A stretch of 64,000 bases of DNA, taken from Oscillospiraceae bacterium (GTDB taxonomy: Bacteria; Bacillota; Clostridia; Oscillospirales; CAG-272). Location: assembly GCA_015064695.1 (NCBI GenBank), contig SVRS01000004.1:32557-96556 (forward strand), written 5' to 3'. Below are positions 22,866-32,842 of this stretch, in pieces. The position numbers and the translations under genes were made by a program. The notes below the pieces were generated by a model. It saw nothing but the letters and a program-made list of their open reading frames with translations. It had not been told where the DNA came from and made no database searches. Within the stretch, counting starts at the first letter, position 1; the number at the start of each line of letters is the position of its first letter.

Positions 22866-24914
22866 TTATTCTGCGCCGAAGAAGATCATAGCCGCACCCT
22901 GACCTTCAAAGCGGATCTCGATGCTTGAGGTACCGTCTGCCAGCGGGGTTACCGTCACTGGCATGGAGGACCAGAAGGTGGGAGCTGTCTTTTTCACGGT
23001 GATGTAGCGGAAGGTATCTCGCACGGTCGCAAACACCGAGATCACGCCCTTCCCCGTTTCCGAATCGATCTTCTCGTAGCACTCGAAGCCCGAACCGGTC
23101 ATACCGCTCTTGATGGCGGCCTCGGCGGTGATGTCGTCCCGCACCTGCTTGTAGCGAGACAGAACCTCTCCGAAGCGGGCGCGGCCTTCGGGGGAAATGG
23201 CAGGCAGGTCACCCCAAATGCCGTTCTGCCCCAAAATGAGGGAGGCCAGATTGATGTCCTGAGAGTCCATGGGATCATCCGGCAGGTAGTGGGTCAGGAA
23301 CAACACCGAGGGGATCCACTTATCGAAGGTCAGAGGACTACGGCAGATCCAGGGGCGGGCAGGGCCGGGATGCACAAAGATATTCGACCAGACGGTACCG
23401 GGATCGTAGGGGATATTGTAATTCTGATAGTAGGGGCCGTTATTGATGAGGAAGTATTTGCCTACCGACAGGAAGCCCAGGCCTACGCTGCGATAGCCCT
23501 CTGTGATATCGAAGTCCACGATAACGTCGGGGCAGGCGGCGCAGATCTTATCCACGATCTTCTGCATATAGATACCCAGGTTGAAGGCGTAGGCATCGGC
23601 GCGCTCCTCGGGGGAATTCTCCTCTGTACCGTGGCAGTGGCGAGGATCGTTACAGCCGTACTGGCCCACGGCATCCCACTTGAAATAACTCACGCCCAGC
23701 TCCTTTGAGAGACCGATCAAGGTATCCGCCAGGGCCTCCCAGTAGTCACTGACCAGGCACATATTATAGCTTTCCTCGGTCAGCCATACCGGGAATGGGT
23801 CTCCCGTGTTGCCGTTCCAGGTCATCTTACACGAGGGGTTCTCGGCGAGGGCCTTGCTGGTTACAGCCGCCTCGGGCGGGCCGATCCACAGACCCAGCTT
23901 CATACCGTAGCTGTCCAGCTTGGCCTTCACGCTCTTGAGTCCGTCGGCAAAGCGAGCGCGGTTGGGAACCCAATCGCCCGTTTTCTCGTACCAGCCCGTA
24001 TCGATGACGAACACGTCGATGCCCATTTCGTGGGCGGCTTCGATCTCGGCCATCATACGCTCCTCGTTCATATCCGACAGATAGGTCTTATGGTTCCAGA
24101 AGCGGTTGCGCTCCTGGAAGCACCAGGAATTATAGAACACGTAGGGCTTGCGGCTCTCGAGGTTCATGGTCACGTACTTGAGCTGGAACTCGCGGAAGGC
24201 GGCGGCCAGGGCGTCCACGTCCCCGTGAATCAAGGCGAAATCCATCCAGATGGTTTCGAAGGGTCTCTCACCCAGAACGGTGCCCGCGAGATAGTTCCCC
24301 TTTCTGGCCGAGAGGATCGTCTCCCTGTCGGGGGTAAAGCGGAACTGAATGAAGGCATCGGGATACTGGGAGCCGTGCTCGTAGGCCCAAAGGTAGCTGT
24401 CCGTACCGTCGGTACCCGCCAGCAGGGGGCCCATAACCGAGAAGCGGTTGGCAAAGAAGCTCTCCTCTACGGGAATCTCGTTCATGCAGAAGCTATGGAG
24501 CATTTCGTTGAACTCCGAGAAACGCACCTCGGTGAGGTGATCTCCGGCCGCCACGCACAGCGTACCGTAATCCAGCCTTTCCCCGCTCGTCTTGGTCAGC
24601 TTATGGGAGCCGTCACCCAGGAGCAGATACTTGAATTTGAGGATGGGCGAGCCGTCTGCCACACGCAGAAGCACGCGGAGCATCAGATCGGGGCGGTCGG
24701 CGTAGACCGCATCCACGGCGTACTCGGTCACGGCGTCGTTGCGCTTGGTTTGCGATGCAAGCTCCACCGAGACAAAGCGGGGGAGCAGAGCCTTCCCGTC
24801 CACCTCGAAAACAGGGCCCTCAATGGCGCGGGTAGCATGGGGGGTGGTATAGGTCAGCAAGACGTGCTCGCTGCCGACGGTGAGATCATAAGCTGATGTA
24901 TGAAGAATATACAT
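22866..24914 (-). CDS. GH36-like alpha-galactosidase family protein
   Basis: IDVFVIDTGWYEKTGDW...GMKLGLWIGPPE...YFKWDAVGQYGC resembles the GH36/clan-D (DxGW, KWD) catalytic core. No signal peptide. Confidence 0.6.
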   Translation of the reverse strand: MYILHTSAYDLTVGSEHVLLTYTTPHATRAIEGPVFEVDGKALLPRFVSVELASQTKRNDAVTEYAVDAVYADRPDLMLRVLLRVADGSPILKFKYLLLGDGSHKLTKTSGERLDYGTLCVAAGDHLTEVRFSEFNEMLHSFCMNEIPVEESFFANRFSVMGPLLAGTDGTDSYLWAYEHGSQYPDAFIQFRFTPDRETILSARKGNYLAGTVLGERPFETIWMDFALIHGDVDALAAAFREFQLKYVTMNLESRKPYVFYNSWCFQERNRFWNHKTYLSDMNEERMMAEIEAAHEMGIDVFVIDTGWYEKTGDWVPNRARFADGLKSVKAKLDSYGMKLGLWIGPPEAAVTSKALAENPSCKMTWNGNTGDPFPVWLTEESYNMCLVSDYWEALADTLIGLSKELGVSYFKWDAVGQYGCNDPRHCHGTEENSPEERADAYAFNLGIYMQKIVDKICAACPDVIVDFDITEGYRSVGLGFLSVGKYFLINNGPYYQNYNIPYDPGTVWSNIFVHPGPARPWICRSPLTFDKWIPSVLFLTHYLPDDPMDSQDINLASLILGQNGIWGDLPAISPEGRARFGEVLSRYKQVRDDITAEAAIKSGMTGSGFECYEKIDSETGKGVISVFATVRDTFRYITVKKTAPTFWSSMPVTVTPLADGTSSIEIRFEGQGAAMIFFGAE

Positions 24915-24954
24915 GGTCCTCTCCTTGTTTTTAAATAGAGCGGTTCTTTACAAG

Positions 24955-25218
24955 TCATTTCCCCAGGGTTCGGATCATCCGGGACTCTACCGCGGCGGGG
25001 TCGTCCTCTCGGTAGATGAACAGCCGACCGTCTCGGAGGGTGTCGTCGCCGTAGCAATTATCGCCTCCCCAAATGACAAGATCGGGTTGGCACTCGTCGA
25101 GCTGGGCCTCCACCGAACGGAGGGAGCGGGGATCGTATTGGGCGGATTCCTGAATATCCGACATCATAAGCACCCGAAACGTGCCGTCGGGGCGAAAGCG
25201 AAGAGGTAACAGGGACAT
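24955..25218 (-). pseudogene. Metallophosphoesterase N-terminal fragment (motifs I-II only)
   Basis: 87 aa, FRVLMMSDIQE (motif I-like) ... PDLVIWGGDN (GD motif II), then a stop 40 nt before the GH36 start codon. Motifs III-V are absent. Confidence 0.5.
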
Positions 25219-25240
25219 AGTCGGTCTCCTCTCTTACCAA

Positions 25241-26497
25241 TCAGTTGGGCACGCGCTCAAAGCGGAAATCTTCAAAGGTGAACAGATCCTTCCCTTCGCC
25301 GCGGAAGACGAAGCAAAGGCTGTGGGTTCCGTGGGTATTGGTCAAGGGGATGGTGAACTCACGGGCATCTCCATTTTGAATGGCGCATTGGGGCTCAGCC
25401 TTGATACAGCCCAGAACGGGGCCGAAGGGGCTTCCCTCCCGCACCTCGATCTGACAGGTCTGATGCTCGCAGGAGCCACGGAGGATGAGCTTGGTATTCT
25501 GCCGCATCCCGTGGACATTCTGATAGCACAGGTAGGCACCGTCCGTGATGCCCCTCAGCTCAAAGCCCGAGGCGTTTTCCTTCTTAATGACACCGTCCGA
25601 GGCGGCGAAGTACCACTCGCCCTTGATGACGGGCCAGCTCGCATCGTACTGACCCACGCCCACATCCTGAATGAACTCGTCGATGCAGATATCTCCGTTG
25701 TCCTTGTAGTGGGCGTAGAGGATCTTGGTGGCGCGGAAGAAGGGGTCGATCTCTGCACTCTCTCCATAGTTGGCGGGGACGCCGTAGGCGAAGTAGGTCT
25801 GGTTATGGAAATCGAACACGCAGGGATGATCCACGTTATTGCAATCGTTGCAGAACTTGCCGCGGTAGGTGTAGGGACCGTAGATATTGTCCGCAGTGGA
25901 GTACCAGGCACGGTGGGTCAACAGGTAGTACACGCCGTTGTGCTTCCATACCCAGGGAGCATCCGACCACCAAGGGCCATGCTCAATGGGACGAGGCTCC
26001 TCGGCCAGGGACACCATATCCTCGTTCAACCGAGCGATATAGTATTTCTTGTCGAAGCAGGTGTAGCCCCACAGGATGTAGGGTGTTCCGGCCTCGTCGT
26101 CGTCGATGAACACCGAAGGATCGTAGCTGGGGGTATCCGCCAGGCCTGCGGGGAGGATGGGCTTACCCAGGGCATCCTTGTAGGGGCCCGCGGGATGGTC
26201 GGCCACCGCCACGCCGGTGCAGGTCTGGCCCTGGGAGAAGTACAGGTAGTACTTCCCGTTCCGCTCGGCGGAGTCGGTGGCGTAGCAATCCTCACACTTA
26301 CCGAGAAAGGTATCCTCGGGGCGAAGGGTGTATTCCTCCTTCCAGTTGAGCAGATCATCGGTAGAATATACCTTCCAGTCGTCCATGCGGAAAATGGAGT
26401 TTCCGGGGGAACGGTCATGGGTGGCAAACATATAAACTCTCCCGTTATACACGTGCATATGGGGATCGCAGATCCCCGAATCGGGTAGAATATGCAT
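25241..26497 (-). CDS. Glycoside hydrolase family 43 protein (copy b)
   Basis: MHILPDSGICDPHMHVYNGRVYMFATHD...DDWKVYSTDDLLNWK. It is collinear with copy a at the same length (418 aa) once the start is trimmed to the ATG at 26495-26497. Confidence 0.85.
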   Translation of the reverse strand: MHILPDSGICDPHMHVYNGRVYMFATHDRSPGNSIFRMDDWKVYSTDDLLNWKEEYTLRPEDTFLGKCEDCYATDSAERNGKYYLYFSQGQTCTGVAVADHPAGPYKDALGKPILPAGLADTPSYDPSVFIDDDEAGTPYILWGYTCFDKKYYIARLNEDMVSLAEEPRPIEHGPWWSDAPWVWKHNGVYYLLTHRAWYSTADNIYGPYTYRGKFCNDCNNVDHPCVFDFHNQTYFAYGVPANYGESAEIDPFFRATKILYAHYKDNGDICIDEFIQDVGVGQYDASWPVIKGEWYFAASDGVIKKENASGFELRGITDGAYLCYQNVHGMRQNTKLILRGSCEHQTCQIEVREGSPFGPVLGCIKAEPQCAIQNGDAREFTIPLTNTHGTHSLCFVFRGEGKDLFTFEDFRFERVPN

Positions 26498-26539
26498 AGG
26501 AATCCTTTCTGTAAAGCTTGTCAAAAGCCTTCAAAGCCG

Positions 26540-29500
26540 TTATCTGTTCTTTTTCTTGATCATAGCAAAGGCGATCGCGGCGGCCATTGCAGCCGTAATC
26601 CCCGAGGCCCCCGCGCCGATTACGGAGGAGCAACCACTCTTGGAGACGCCGGGCTCGGGCTCGGTTTCACTATCGGTATTGGCAGAGGTTGTGGAGTTGG
26701 TTCCGTTCTGAGTCGCCTCGGAGAACGAAACCGTAAATTCTGCCGCGGCCGCGGGATTCTCCTTAGCGGTTACGACGTAGGTGACTCGTCCCTCAGTTGC
26801 CCCGCCCGTCTTTACCGCAAGCTCATATTCCTCCACATCCAGTTCTCGGCTGAGCAAGGAATTTTCCGCCGTATACAGGGACCATTCATCCGCGCGATAC
26901 TTCAAATCGTCCGTCCACTCACGGATAACCACTCTGTCGAAGGTAACGGTCTCACTCCATTGCAGCTGCACCCACATGGGCAGGGCTTCGGGATTGACGT
27001 TCTGCCCCGACCAGCGGTTGGCCGGATCTCCGTCATTGATGCAAGCGGCACGCATCTCATTGAATTCAGAGCAAGCCGCCGCCGTGGCGCTTCGCGCCAG
27101 GTTCACCTCGTCACTGCCGTTGTAGACCTCGATCTCCCCAATGCAGGGGATTTCCGACGCCGTACGCAGCATGCTCTCCAGCACCAATCGCAGGTTATCG
27201 GTGGTCACGGGCTTATCCAGCTGAATGATTTTGGCCTCGCCCAGCTTCTTGCCGGAGGCGATCTCGCTCCATTGCAAATTGGCCGAGGTGAATGCACCCG
27301 TCACCACAAGTCCGGTCAGATCCACGGCTTCACCGACGTCGTATTCCGTCCGATCGGGGACCTTGGCAATCTGAATGCTTTGCAGATAGGGGGCAACCAG
27401 GCTCTCCGCATCCAAAATATCCACAACGGCAGGCGTGTTGAAGCCCTTCGCCAGCTCTGCTGTCCCCTCGGCGGGGACGAGATCCAACGTAAAGCTCAGC
27501 GTTCCCGTCTTTTCCGTGTACCGCTTGGTGCGAATCCGAACCGTTTTTTCGGTTTCGCCGTCCTCAAAGACAACGGGGATCCCTTCCGTCGGTACGTAAC
27601 TGCTCTGCACGGCACTGCCCGGGTTGTCTTGAACGATCGCCGACAATCTGCCCGACGAGCCGCCCTTACGGATGATCTTGACGTCCAGCCACACGTTTTC
27701 ATCCACGGAGTAGCGGCTCTGCTCGAAATCCAGCAGGCCTACGCCCCCGTTATCCAAAACGCACAAGCCGCTTACCTGGCCCTTCCCCGACACAACCCGA
27801 ACCGTGAGAGTATGCTCACCGAAGGTCAGATCCCCGGTCTCATAGAACATACTGTCCGAAGGAGTAACGACCTCCTCCCCCCCTCCGTCCAGAGAAACGG
27901 CCAGGGTGGTTTTTTCGAAGGGAATGCCTCTCAGCCATGCCTTGGATCCGGTAAAGGCCACGGTCATCGTAGCTCCATTGCGACCGCTATAGTATGCATC
28001 CTCGGTGGCGCTTGCGGGGGAGGTCAGATGCCACCCATCGACAGTAAAGGCTGCGTCCGTTGCGGCGATCTCGGTCACACCGTCGGGCAGGGCCTTCGCA
28101 TAGGCAAATTCGTCCGTCACCTTATGGATACCCAAATGGCTGATCACAGGCGTTGCCACCGTTCCGTCTCCCGCGGTCAGGCCCGTAAACTCCACCCGCA
28201 CCTGGGTTGCCTGTACGGGCTTGCCCATAAGGACGCGCTTGGAGCCCACGGTGGTGCCTCGGCCGTACTCGTACCACTCACCGTCTACGGTTTTATAGTA
28301 CACCGCAAACGCCTCCACCCGCTGTCCCAAGCGGATTTCCTCCTCGATGGTCAGCGCATCGAACACGGTCTCCTTGCCGAAGTCTACCAACAGCGAGGAA
28401 GTCTTGCGCCCCTGCTCTGCCGTCCAATAGGTATCGTCGTTCCCGTCTGCCACGTGGGAGGGGGAGAAGCGAACATCCTGATTATGGACACTATCCGCCA
28501 GGACGGTTACGCCCTCCGCCGCCGCCAGGTTGTTCTCGGAAAAGGACTTTTTCAGATTTTCGCCCCATTCCCGCACGCGGTCCTCGATGGCCCCGTCCAG
28601 CTCACCCTGATCATTCAAGGGAACGTTGAGAAGCAATACGGAGTTGTGGCCGACGCTGTCCATGTACATATCCCTCAGCTCGATCAAGGTTTTGGGCACC
28701 CGTTTGTTTTCACCCCAGAACCAACCGGAGGTGATGCGGGCATCCACCTCGGGGATGGACCAAAGATTTCCGTTCCTTTGTCCGACGTACACCTGCATAT
28801 CCTTGTACGTGACGACCGGAGCAACGTTGATCCAGGTAACGTCATGTATTCCCTTGGCCCAGGTCTCCTCGTTGGCCACGCCGCCCTCATTGCCGATCCA
28901 ATGGACGTTGGCGTGTACGCCGGCGCCAAAGAGCAGGATATCATCGCCCTCGTAGCTCTTGATGACATGGACGTATCGGTCCGTGTCATAGTATTGGGCA
29001 TCCGCGCCGGTGCCCTTGGCACCGTCCATCCAGATCTCGTAGAACTCACCGTTGTTACCGTACTTGTCGTTCCCCAGGATCTCCTCCAGCTGGCCGACGT
29101 AGTAATCGTCGTATTTCAGAACGTCGTTTTCCTCGGTGGTGGGGTTTCCGTTCTCGTCGTAGTAGCCGTAATAGACGGAATTTTCATCCCAGGGAGACAG
29201 ATACAGTCCCATATTCATATCGTATTTGGTGCAGGCTGCGGAAATATCCGCCAGCACGTCACCGCCGGGATAATCGGTAGAAGCCGTGTCATGCTCGGTC
29301 CAGGCGCTGTCCCAGATACAGAAGCCGTCGTGGTGCTTGGCCGTCACGATGAGGCTCTTGAAGCCTGCCTCCTTCAGGGTTTTCACGTAGTGATCCGCAT
29401 CGATCTTTTTATCGAGGGCAAACATATCGGGCGTTTCCTTACCGTCGCCCCACTCGTTTCCGGTAAAGGTATTCATACCGAAATGCAGAAACGCAGATAG

Positions 29501-29716
29501 CTCCTGCGTGTGGTAGGCGTACTGAGCATCGGTGGGGGTGGCGCCGAAGGCGGCCACGTCCCCCGTCCCTTTATCCGTCAGATCCAGATCTGACAGGTAC
29601 GTGGTCTCCTCGACCGTCTCCCCCGCGCCCACGACCGCCAGGGGTGTGGCGGTCAGCAACGTCGACAGGGCGGCCAGGAAGGAAATGATCTTCCGTAGTT
29701 TTTTTCCGTATCGCAT
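26540..29716 (-). CDS. Secreted multidomain GH29 alpha-L-fucosidase (discoidin/F5-8C, Calx-beta-like and Ig-like domains, C-terminal TM anchor)
   Basis: Signal peptide MRYGKKLRKIISFLAALSTLLTATPLAVVGA. GH29 core FLHFGMNTFTGNEWGDG...LIVTAKHHDGFCIWDS. Two F5/8-type-C-like segments (DGNDDTYWTAEQ..., INDGDPANRWSGQ...). Calx-beta-like segment SRYSVDENVWLDVKIIRKGGSSGRLS. The C-terminus ends in a hydrophobic helix followed by KKKNR. Confidence 0.8.
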   Translation of the reverse strand: MRYGKKLRKIISFLAALSTLLTATPLAVVGAGETVEETTYLSDLDLTDKGTGDVAAFGATPTDAQYAYHTQELSAFLHFGMNTFTGNEWGDGKETPDMFALDKKIDADHYVKTLKEAGFKSLIVTAKHHDGFCIWDSAWTEHDTASTDYPGGDVLADISAACTKYDMNMGLYLSPWDENSVYYGYYDENGNPTTEENDVLKYDDYYVGQLEEILGNDKYGNNGEFYEIWMDGAKGTGADAQYYDTDRYVHVIKSYEGDDILLFGAGVHANVHWIGNEGGVANEETWAKGIHDVTWINVAPVVTYKDMQVYVGQRNGNLWSIPEVDARITSGWFWGENKRVPKTLIELRDMYMDSVGHNSVLLLNVPLNDQGELDGAIEDRVREWGENLKKSFSENNLAAAEGVTVLADSVHNQDVRFSPSHVADGNDDTYWTAEQGRKTSSLLVDFGKETVFDALTIEEEIRLGQRVEAFAVYYKTVDGEWYEYGRGTTVGSKRVLMGKPVQATQVRVEFTGLTAGDGTVATPVISHLGIHKVTDEFAYAKALPDGVTEIAATDAAFTVDGWHLTSPASATEDAYYSGRNGATMTVAFTGSKAWLRGIPFEKTTLAVSLDGGGEEVVTPSDSMFYETGDLTFGEHTLTVRVVSGKGQVSGLCVLDNGGVGLLDFEQSRYSVDENVWLDVKIIRKGGSSGRLSAIVQDNPGSAVQSSYVPTEGIPVVFEDGETEKTVRIRTKRYTEKTGTLSFTLDLVPAEGTAELAKGFNTPAVVDILDAESLVAPYLQSIQIAKVPDRTEYDVGEAVDLTGLVVTGAFTSANLQWSEIASGKKLGEAKIIQLDKPVTTDNLRLVLESMLRTASEIPCIGEIEVYNGSDEVNLARSATAAACSEFNEMRAACINDGDPANRWSGQNVNPEALPMWVQLQWSETVTFDRVVIREWTDDLKYRADEWSLYTAENSLLSRELDVEEYELAVKTGGATEGRVTYVVTAKENPAAAAEFTVSFSEATQNGTNSTTSANTDSETEPEPGVSKSGCSSVIGAGASGITAAMAAAIAFAMIKKKNR

Positions 29717-29867
29717 TTGATGATCTCCCTTTTTTATTTTCCTGCAAAGCATGGTGTAAAATATGCCGTCAAACGGCAAACGCACCGCAGGGCACCGACC
29801 GCGAATGGTACGGTTTTGCGAGAAAGAAGCGAGGGCGGGCTGCAACCCGCCCCCGCAGAGCATTGAT

Positions 29868-31007
29868 TTACGTTTCTTCCTCAACGAATACGTTGCGGAT
29901 GGCCTCCAGGTAGCCGTAGCCGTACTTGGTGTCGGGCTCCAGGTAGGAGGTTTCGGTCCACTCGTTCCAGCTGTTGATGGTGATCAGGGGTGCGGGGAGA
30001 TTGTGGGTATCCACGTACTCCTTGGCCTTGACGAGGGCCTCCTTGAACAATTCGGGGGTGTTGTTGGTGCAGACATAGTTGGTATAGTTGATGAAACGGG
30101 GGTTGTTATCCCAGCCGATGGATACGTGAGGGTAGTAGGGGACGGTATAATCTCTGTCCATGCGGGACCACTCGGCGTAGACCTCGGGGAGAATCTCGGT
30201 GTAGTCGCGGTGCATATAGCAGAAGTGGACGAACTGGTAGTTGGTCACGCTGTCAAAGCCCAGGGTCGGCACGACCTCCTTGGTGGAGATCTCACGAGAG
30301 CCGTCCACGCCGCTCATGTTGGAGACCCGCTCACCCCAGGCGGTGAGCTGCAGCTCCAGGCCGGGATGCCCCGCCTTGACGCACTCGGCGCGGAACCATT
30401 CCAGGGCGTCCTTGGTGGCCTCGATGCCTCCCAGGCCCTTCACCAGGTTATCCACGTCGTAGATCATAAACACGGGCTTGCCGTCGATCTTATAGTAGTT
30501 GGGACGGGAGAAATACTTCTCGATGACACGGTGGGCCACCCTTTCAAACTCCACGCGATCAACCGAGCCCAGCCATACGTTGGGATCCTGGCCGCGCCAC
30601 AGCAGGTCGGACAGACGAACGTCCCAGGTGTAGCCGGCGTCATGGTTCGCCCACATGAGGTAAAACTTCATCTTCTCGTTATTGGGTGCGCCCAAAAATC
30701 CCTCGTCCAGGCACTGCTCCAGGAAGGGGCGGCGGTCATACCAATACCAGTCGTAAATGAACACGTTCACGCCGTGCTTGGTAGCCTCCTCGATCTGCAT
30801 TTCCATGACCTTGGGGTCAGCCTCGTCGCAGCAGCCCCACAGAGGCTTGCGGTCCCACTCGTAATCCGCAGGCTTACGGCACATACGGGAGGGGACGGAC
30901 ATGACCGTCTGCCACTCACCGATGCCGTCGGGCCAAAACTGGCGGGCGCGGAACTCTTTGCCGGTATAGGACGGCCATACGTAGGCCGCGATATCATATT
31001 TTTGCAT
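29868..31007 (-). CDS. WbsX / GH99-like domain protein
   Basis: IAAYVWPSYTGKEFRARQFWPDGIGEWQTV...VNVFIYDWYWYD... resembles the Glyco_tran_WbsX (GH99-like TIM barrel) family from memory. It has its own extended -10 promoter. Confidence 0.5.
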   Translation of the reverse strand: MQKYDIAAYVWPSYTGKEFRARQFWPDGIGEWQTVMSVPSRMCRKPADYEWDRKPLWGCCDEADPKVMEMQIEEATKHGVNVFIYDWYWYDRRPFLEQCLDEGFLGAPNNEKMKFYLMWANHDAGYTWDVRLSDLLWRGQDPNVWLGSVDRVEFERVAHRVIEKYFSRPNYYKIDGKPVFMIYDVDNLVKGLGGIEATKDALEWFRAECVKAGHPGLELQLTAWGERVSNMSGVDGSREISTKEVVPTLGFDSVTNYQFVHFCYMHRDYTEILPEVYAEWSRMDRDYTVPYYPHVSIGWDNNPRFINYTNYVCTNNTPELFKEALVKAKEYVDTHNLPAPLITINSWNEWTETSYLEPDTKYGYGYLEAIRNVFVEEET

Positions 31008-31127
31008 AGAATAATTCTCCTTATTACATAAATTTTAATGAATTTATTATAACACAGAACCTATTAAAATGCAATAGGGTAGGAAATTTTTTTCATTTTC
31101 CTACCCGAAAAATTTCAGATCGTATAA

Positions 31128-31288
31128 GGGAGCCTCTAAATATTCAGCGTGCAGAGAGCGGCGAGAAGATTTTTTGTCAGACGAAACAAAAATCCGCGCG
31201 CAGAGTTTATCCTCTGCGAAGGGTTTTTGTAAAGTATGACGGAAAAGATTCCGCCGATTCTCCGTGCGATGAATTTTTAGAGGTTCCC
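31128..31288 (-). mobile_element. MITE-like 161-bp TIR element, copy B (inverted, diverged)
   Basis: GGGAGCCTCTAAATATTC...GAATTTTTAGAGGTTCCC. Flanked by ATAA on both sides. Located between the GH78-like stop and a terminator hairpin. Confidence 0.7.
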
Positions 31289-31306
31289 ATAAGAGATTTG
31301 CCGCCG

Positions 31307-32767
31307 TCAATCCTGCCCCAGGCCGTATTTGCGGATGAAGTAGGTAGCCGTACAGCTCCAGGCGTGGCAGTTGCTGTTCATCTTTCTGTCGCCGTAGGAA
31401 GAGAAATCGGGGTCGGTGGGCACGTAAGCTTCAAAGAAGGTATCCGCGCCGTCCTTCACCATACCGCCCCAGATGTGGCGGAGGTGCTGTTCTGCCTCTG
31501 CGCGGGCACCCGCGCAAAACAGCGCATCCACGGCGTAGTGGTGCATGTAGGGCGTGAAGGGCTTCACGGACTCCCCGTCGTTCATGACCTTCAGAAGAAC
31601 CTCTTTGGCCTCCTCGCCCTCGACAACACCGCCCAGCACCATCCAGGCGGCAGCGTGAACGCTGTACTGGTACTCGTCACGGGCATTGATGAAGGCCTTC
31701 TTTTCGGCGTCGTAGAGGTACTTGCGGGAGGCGGCGCGGCCTGCCTCCAGGCGGGCGCGGTACTCGGCGGCCTCGGGGTAGCCCAGCGCCTCCAAGGTTC
31801 GGCTCCACCGCTCCAGGGTGTAGAGGTAAATGCCCTCAAAGGCCGTCCTCTTGTGAAGTCCGGGACACCAATCGATGAACCAGTCGCCGCAGGTGTTGTC
31901 GACGATGCCATGCTCGTCCTTGTTCGCCTCGGCAGAATCCAGGATCCTTTTGGCCACGTCGCACATGTCGCGGAAGGTCTCGGCATCCCCCGTATGGCTG
32001 TAAAGGTCACACAGCGTGTTGACGAACATGAAGCCGTAATCCAGAATATGCCAGTAGCCCGACACGAAGATGGGGTTCTCGTAGATATAACCGGGCATGA
32101 GGCCGTAGGGGTTCTTATCCGCGGCGGCGAACAGGTACAGGCACCGCTTGACCAGGGAAACGTCGCCAAAGGTGTAATAGTTGGCCAAGGCCTCCAGGCG
32201 AAGATCCCCAATCCACAGGCGGCGATCCCGCTTGGGGCCGTCCTCGAATACTCTCTGCATACAGTTGCGGAGGGTATGGACCGCCACGCGATCGATGGCG
32301 GCCAGCTCCTCGTCCGTGGTATCGTAGGGCTTAAGAGCAGTCATGTCCGCCGAGGAAACCGCTTCGAAGGTAAACTCCGAAAGGGCCACGGGCTGGGAGG
32401 TATACAGCACCTTAATGAGAATGTACCGGGCGGCATAGCGGCGGGACATCTTGTAGACCCCGGGGGAATCCACGTTGATCAGCTCGTCCTGGAGCCAGGA
32501 GCGGCTGAGGGAGCCGTGGTAGTCATTGTAATCATCCTCCAGCTCCCGCGCCGTCTCGCAGAAACGAAGCTCCATGCGCAGGGGCGCGTCATTGTACCAA
32601 TGAGGATGGCTTACATGAAAGGACAGATAACCCACATAGTGATTGCCCAGATCCACGACCATAGTGTCCCCATTAGTCAGAGGGCGGGGCTCCGCCTCGG
32701 GGCGAATCACGGTGGTATGAAGAACAGGCAGGTTTTCATCGGCCTTTTGCAGGTAGTAGGATTGCAT
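31307..32767 (-). CDS. Six-hairpin glycosidase, GH78 (alpha-L-rhamnosidase)-like
   Basis: DGPKRDRRLWIGDLRLEA resembles the GH78 catalytic-domain motif D-x-P-x-R-[DE]-x-x-W-x-GD. No signal peptide. Confidence 0.5.
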   Translation of the reverse strand: MQSYYLQKADENLPVLHTTVIRPEAEPRPLTNGDTMVVDLGNHYVGYLSFHVSHPHWYNDAPLRMELRFCETARELEDDYNDYHGSLSRSWLQDELINVDSPGVYKMSRRYAARYILIKVLYTSQPVALSEFTFEAVSSADMTALKPYDTTDEELAAIDRVAVHTLRNCMQRVFEDGPKRDRRLWIGDLRLEALANYYTFGDVSLVKRCLYLFAAADKNPYGLMPGYIYENPIFVSGYWHILDYGFMFVNTLCDLYSHTGDAETFRDMCDVAKRILDSAEANKDEHGIVDNTCGDWFIDWCPGLHKRTAFEGIYLYTLERWSRTLEALGYPEAAEYRARLEAGRAASRKYLYDAEKKAFINARDEYQYSVHAAAWMVLGGVVEGEEAKEVLLKVMNDGESVKPFTPYMHHYAVDALFCAGARAEAEQHLRHIWGGMVKDGADTFFEAYVPTDPDFSSYGDRKMNSNCHAWSCTATYFIRKYGLGQD

Positions 32768-32842
32768 TGAGAACGTCTCCTTTCGGTTGCAAGAAAGGGG
32801 TGCCGATCAAGGACACCCCTTATTGATAAAATTTTCGTTGAA

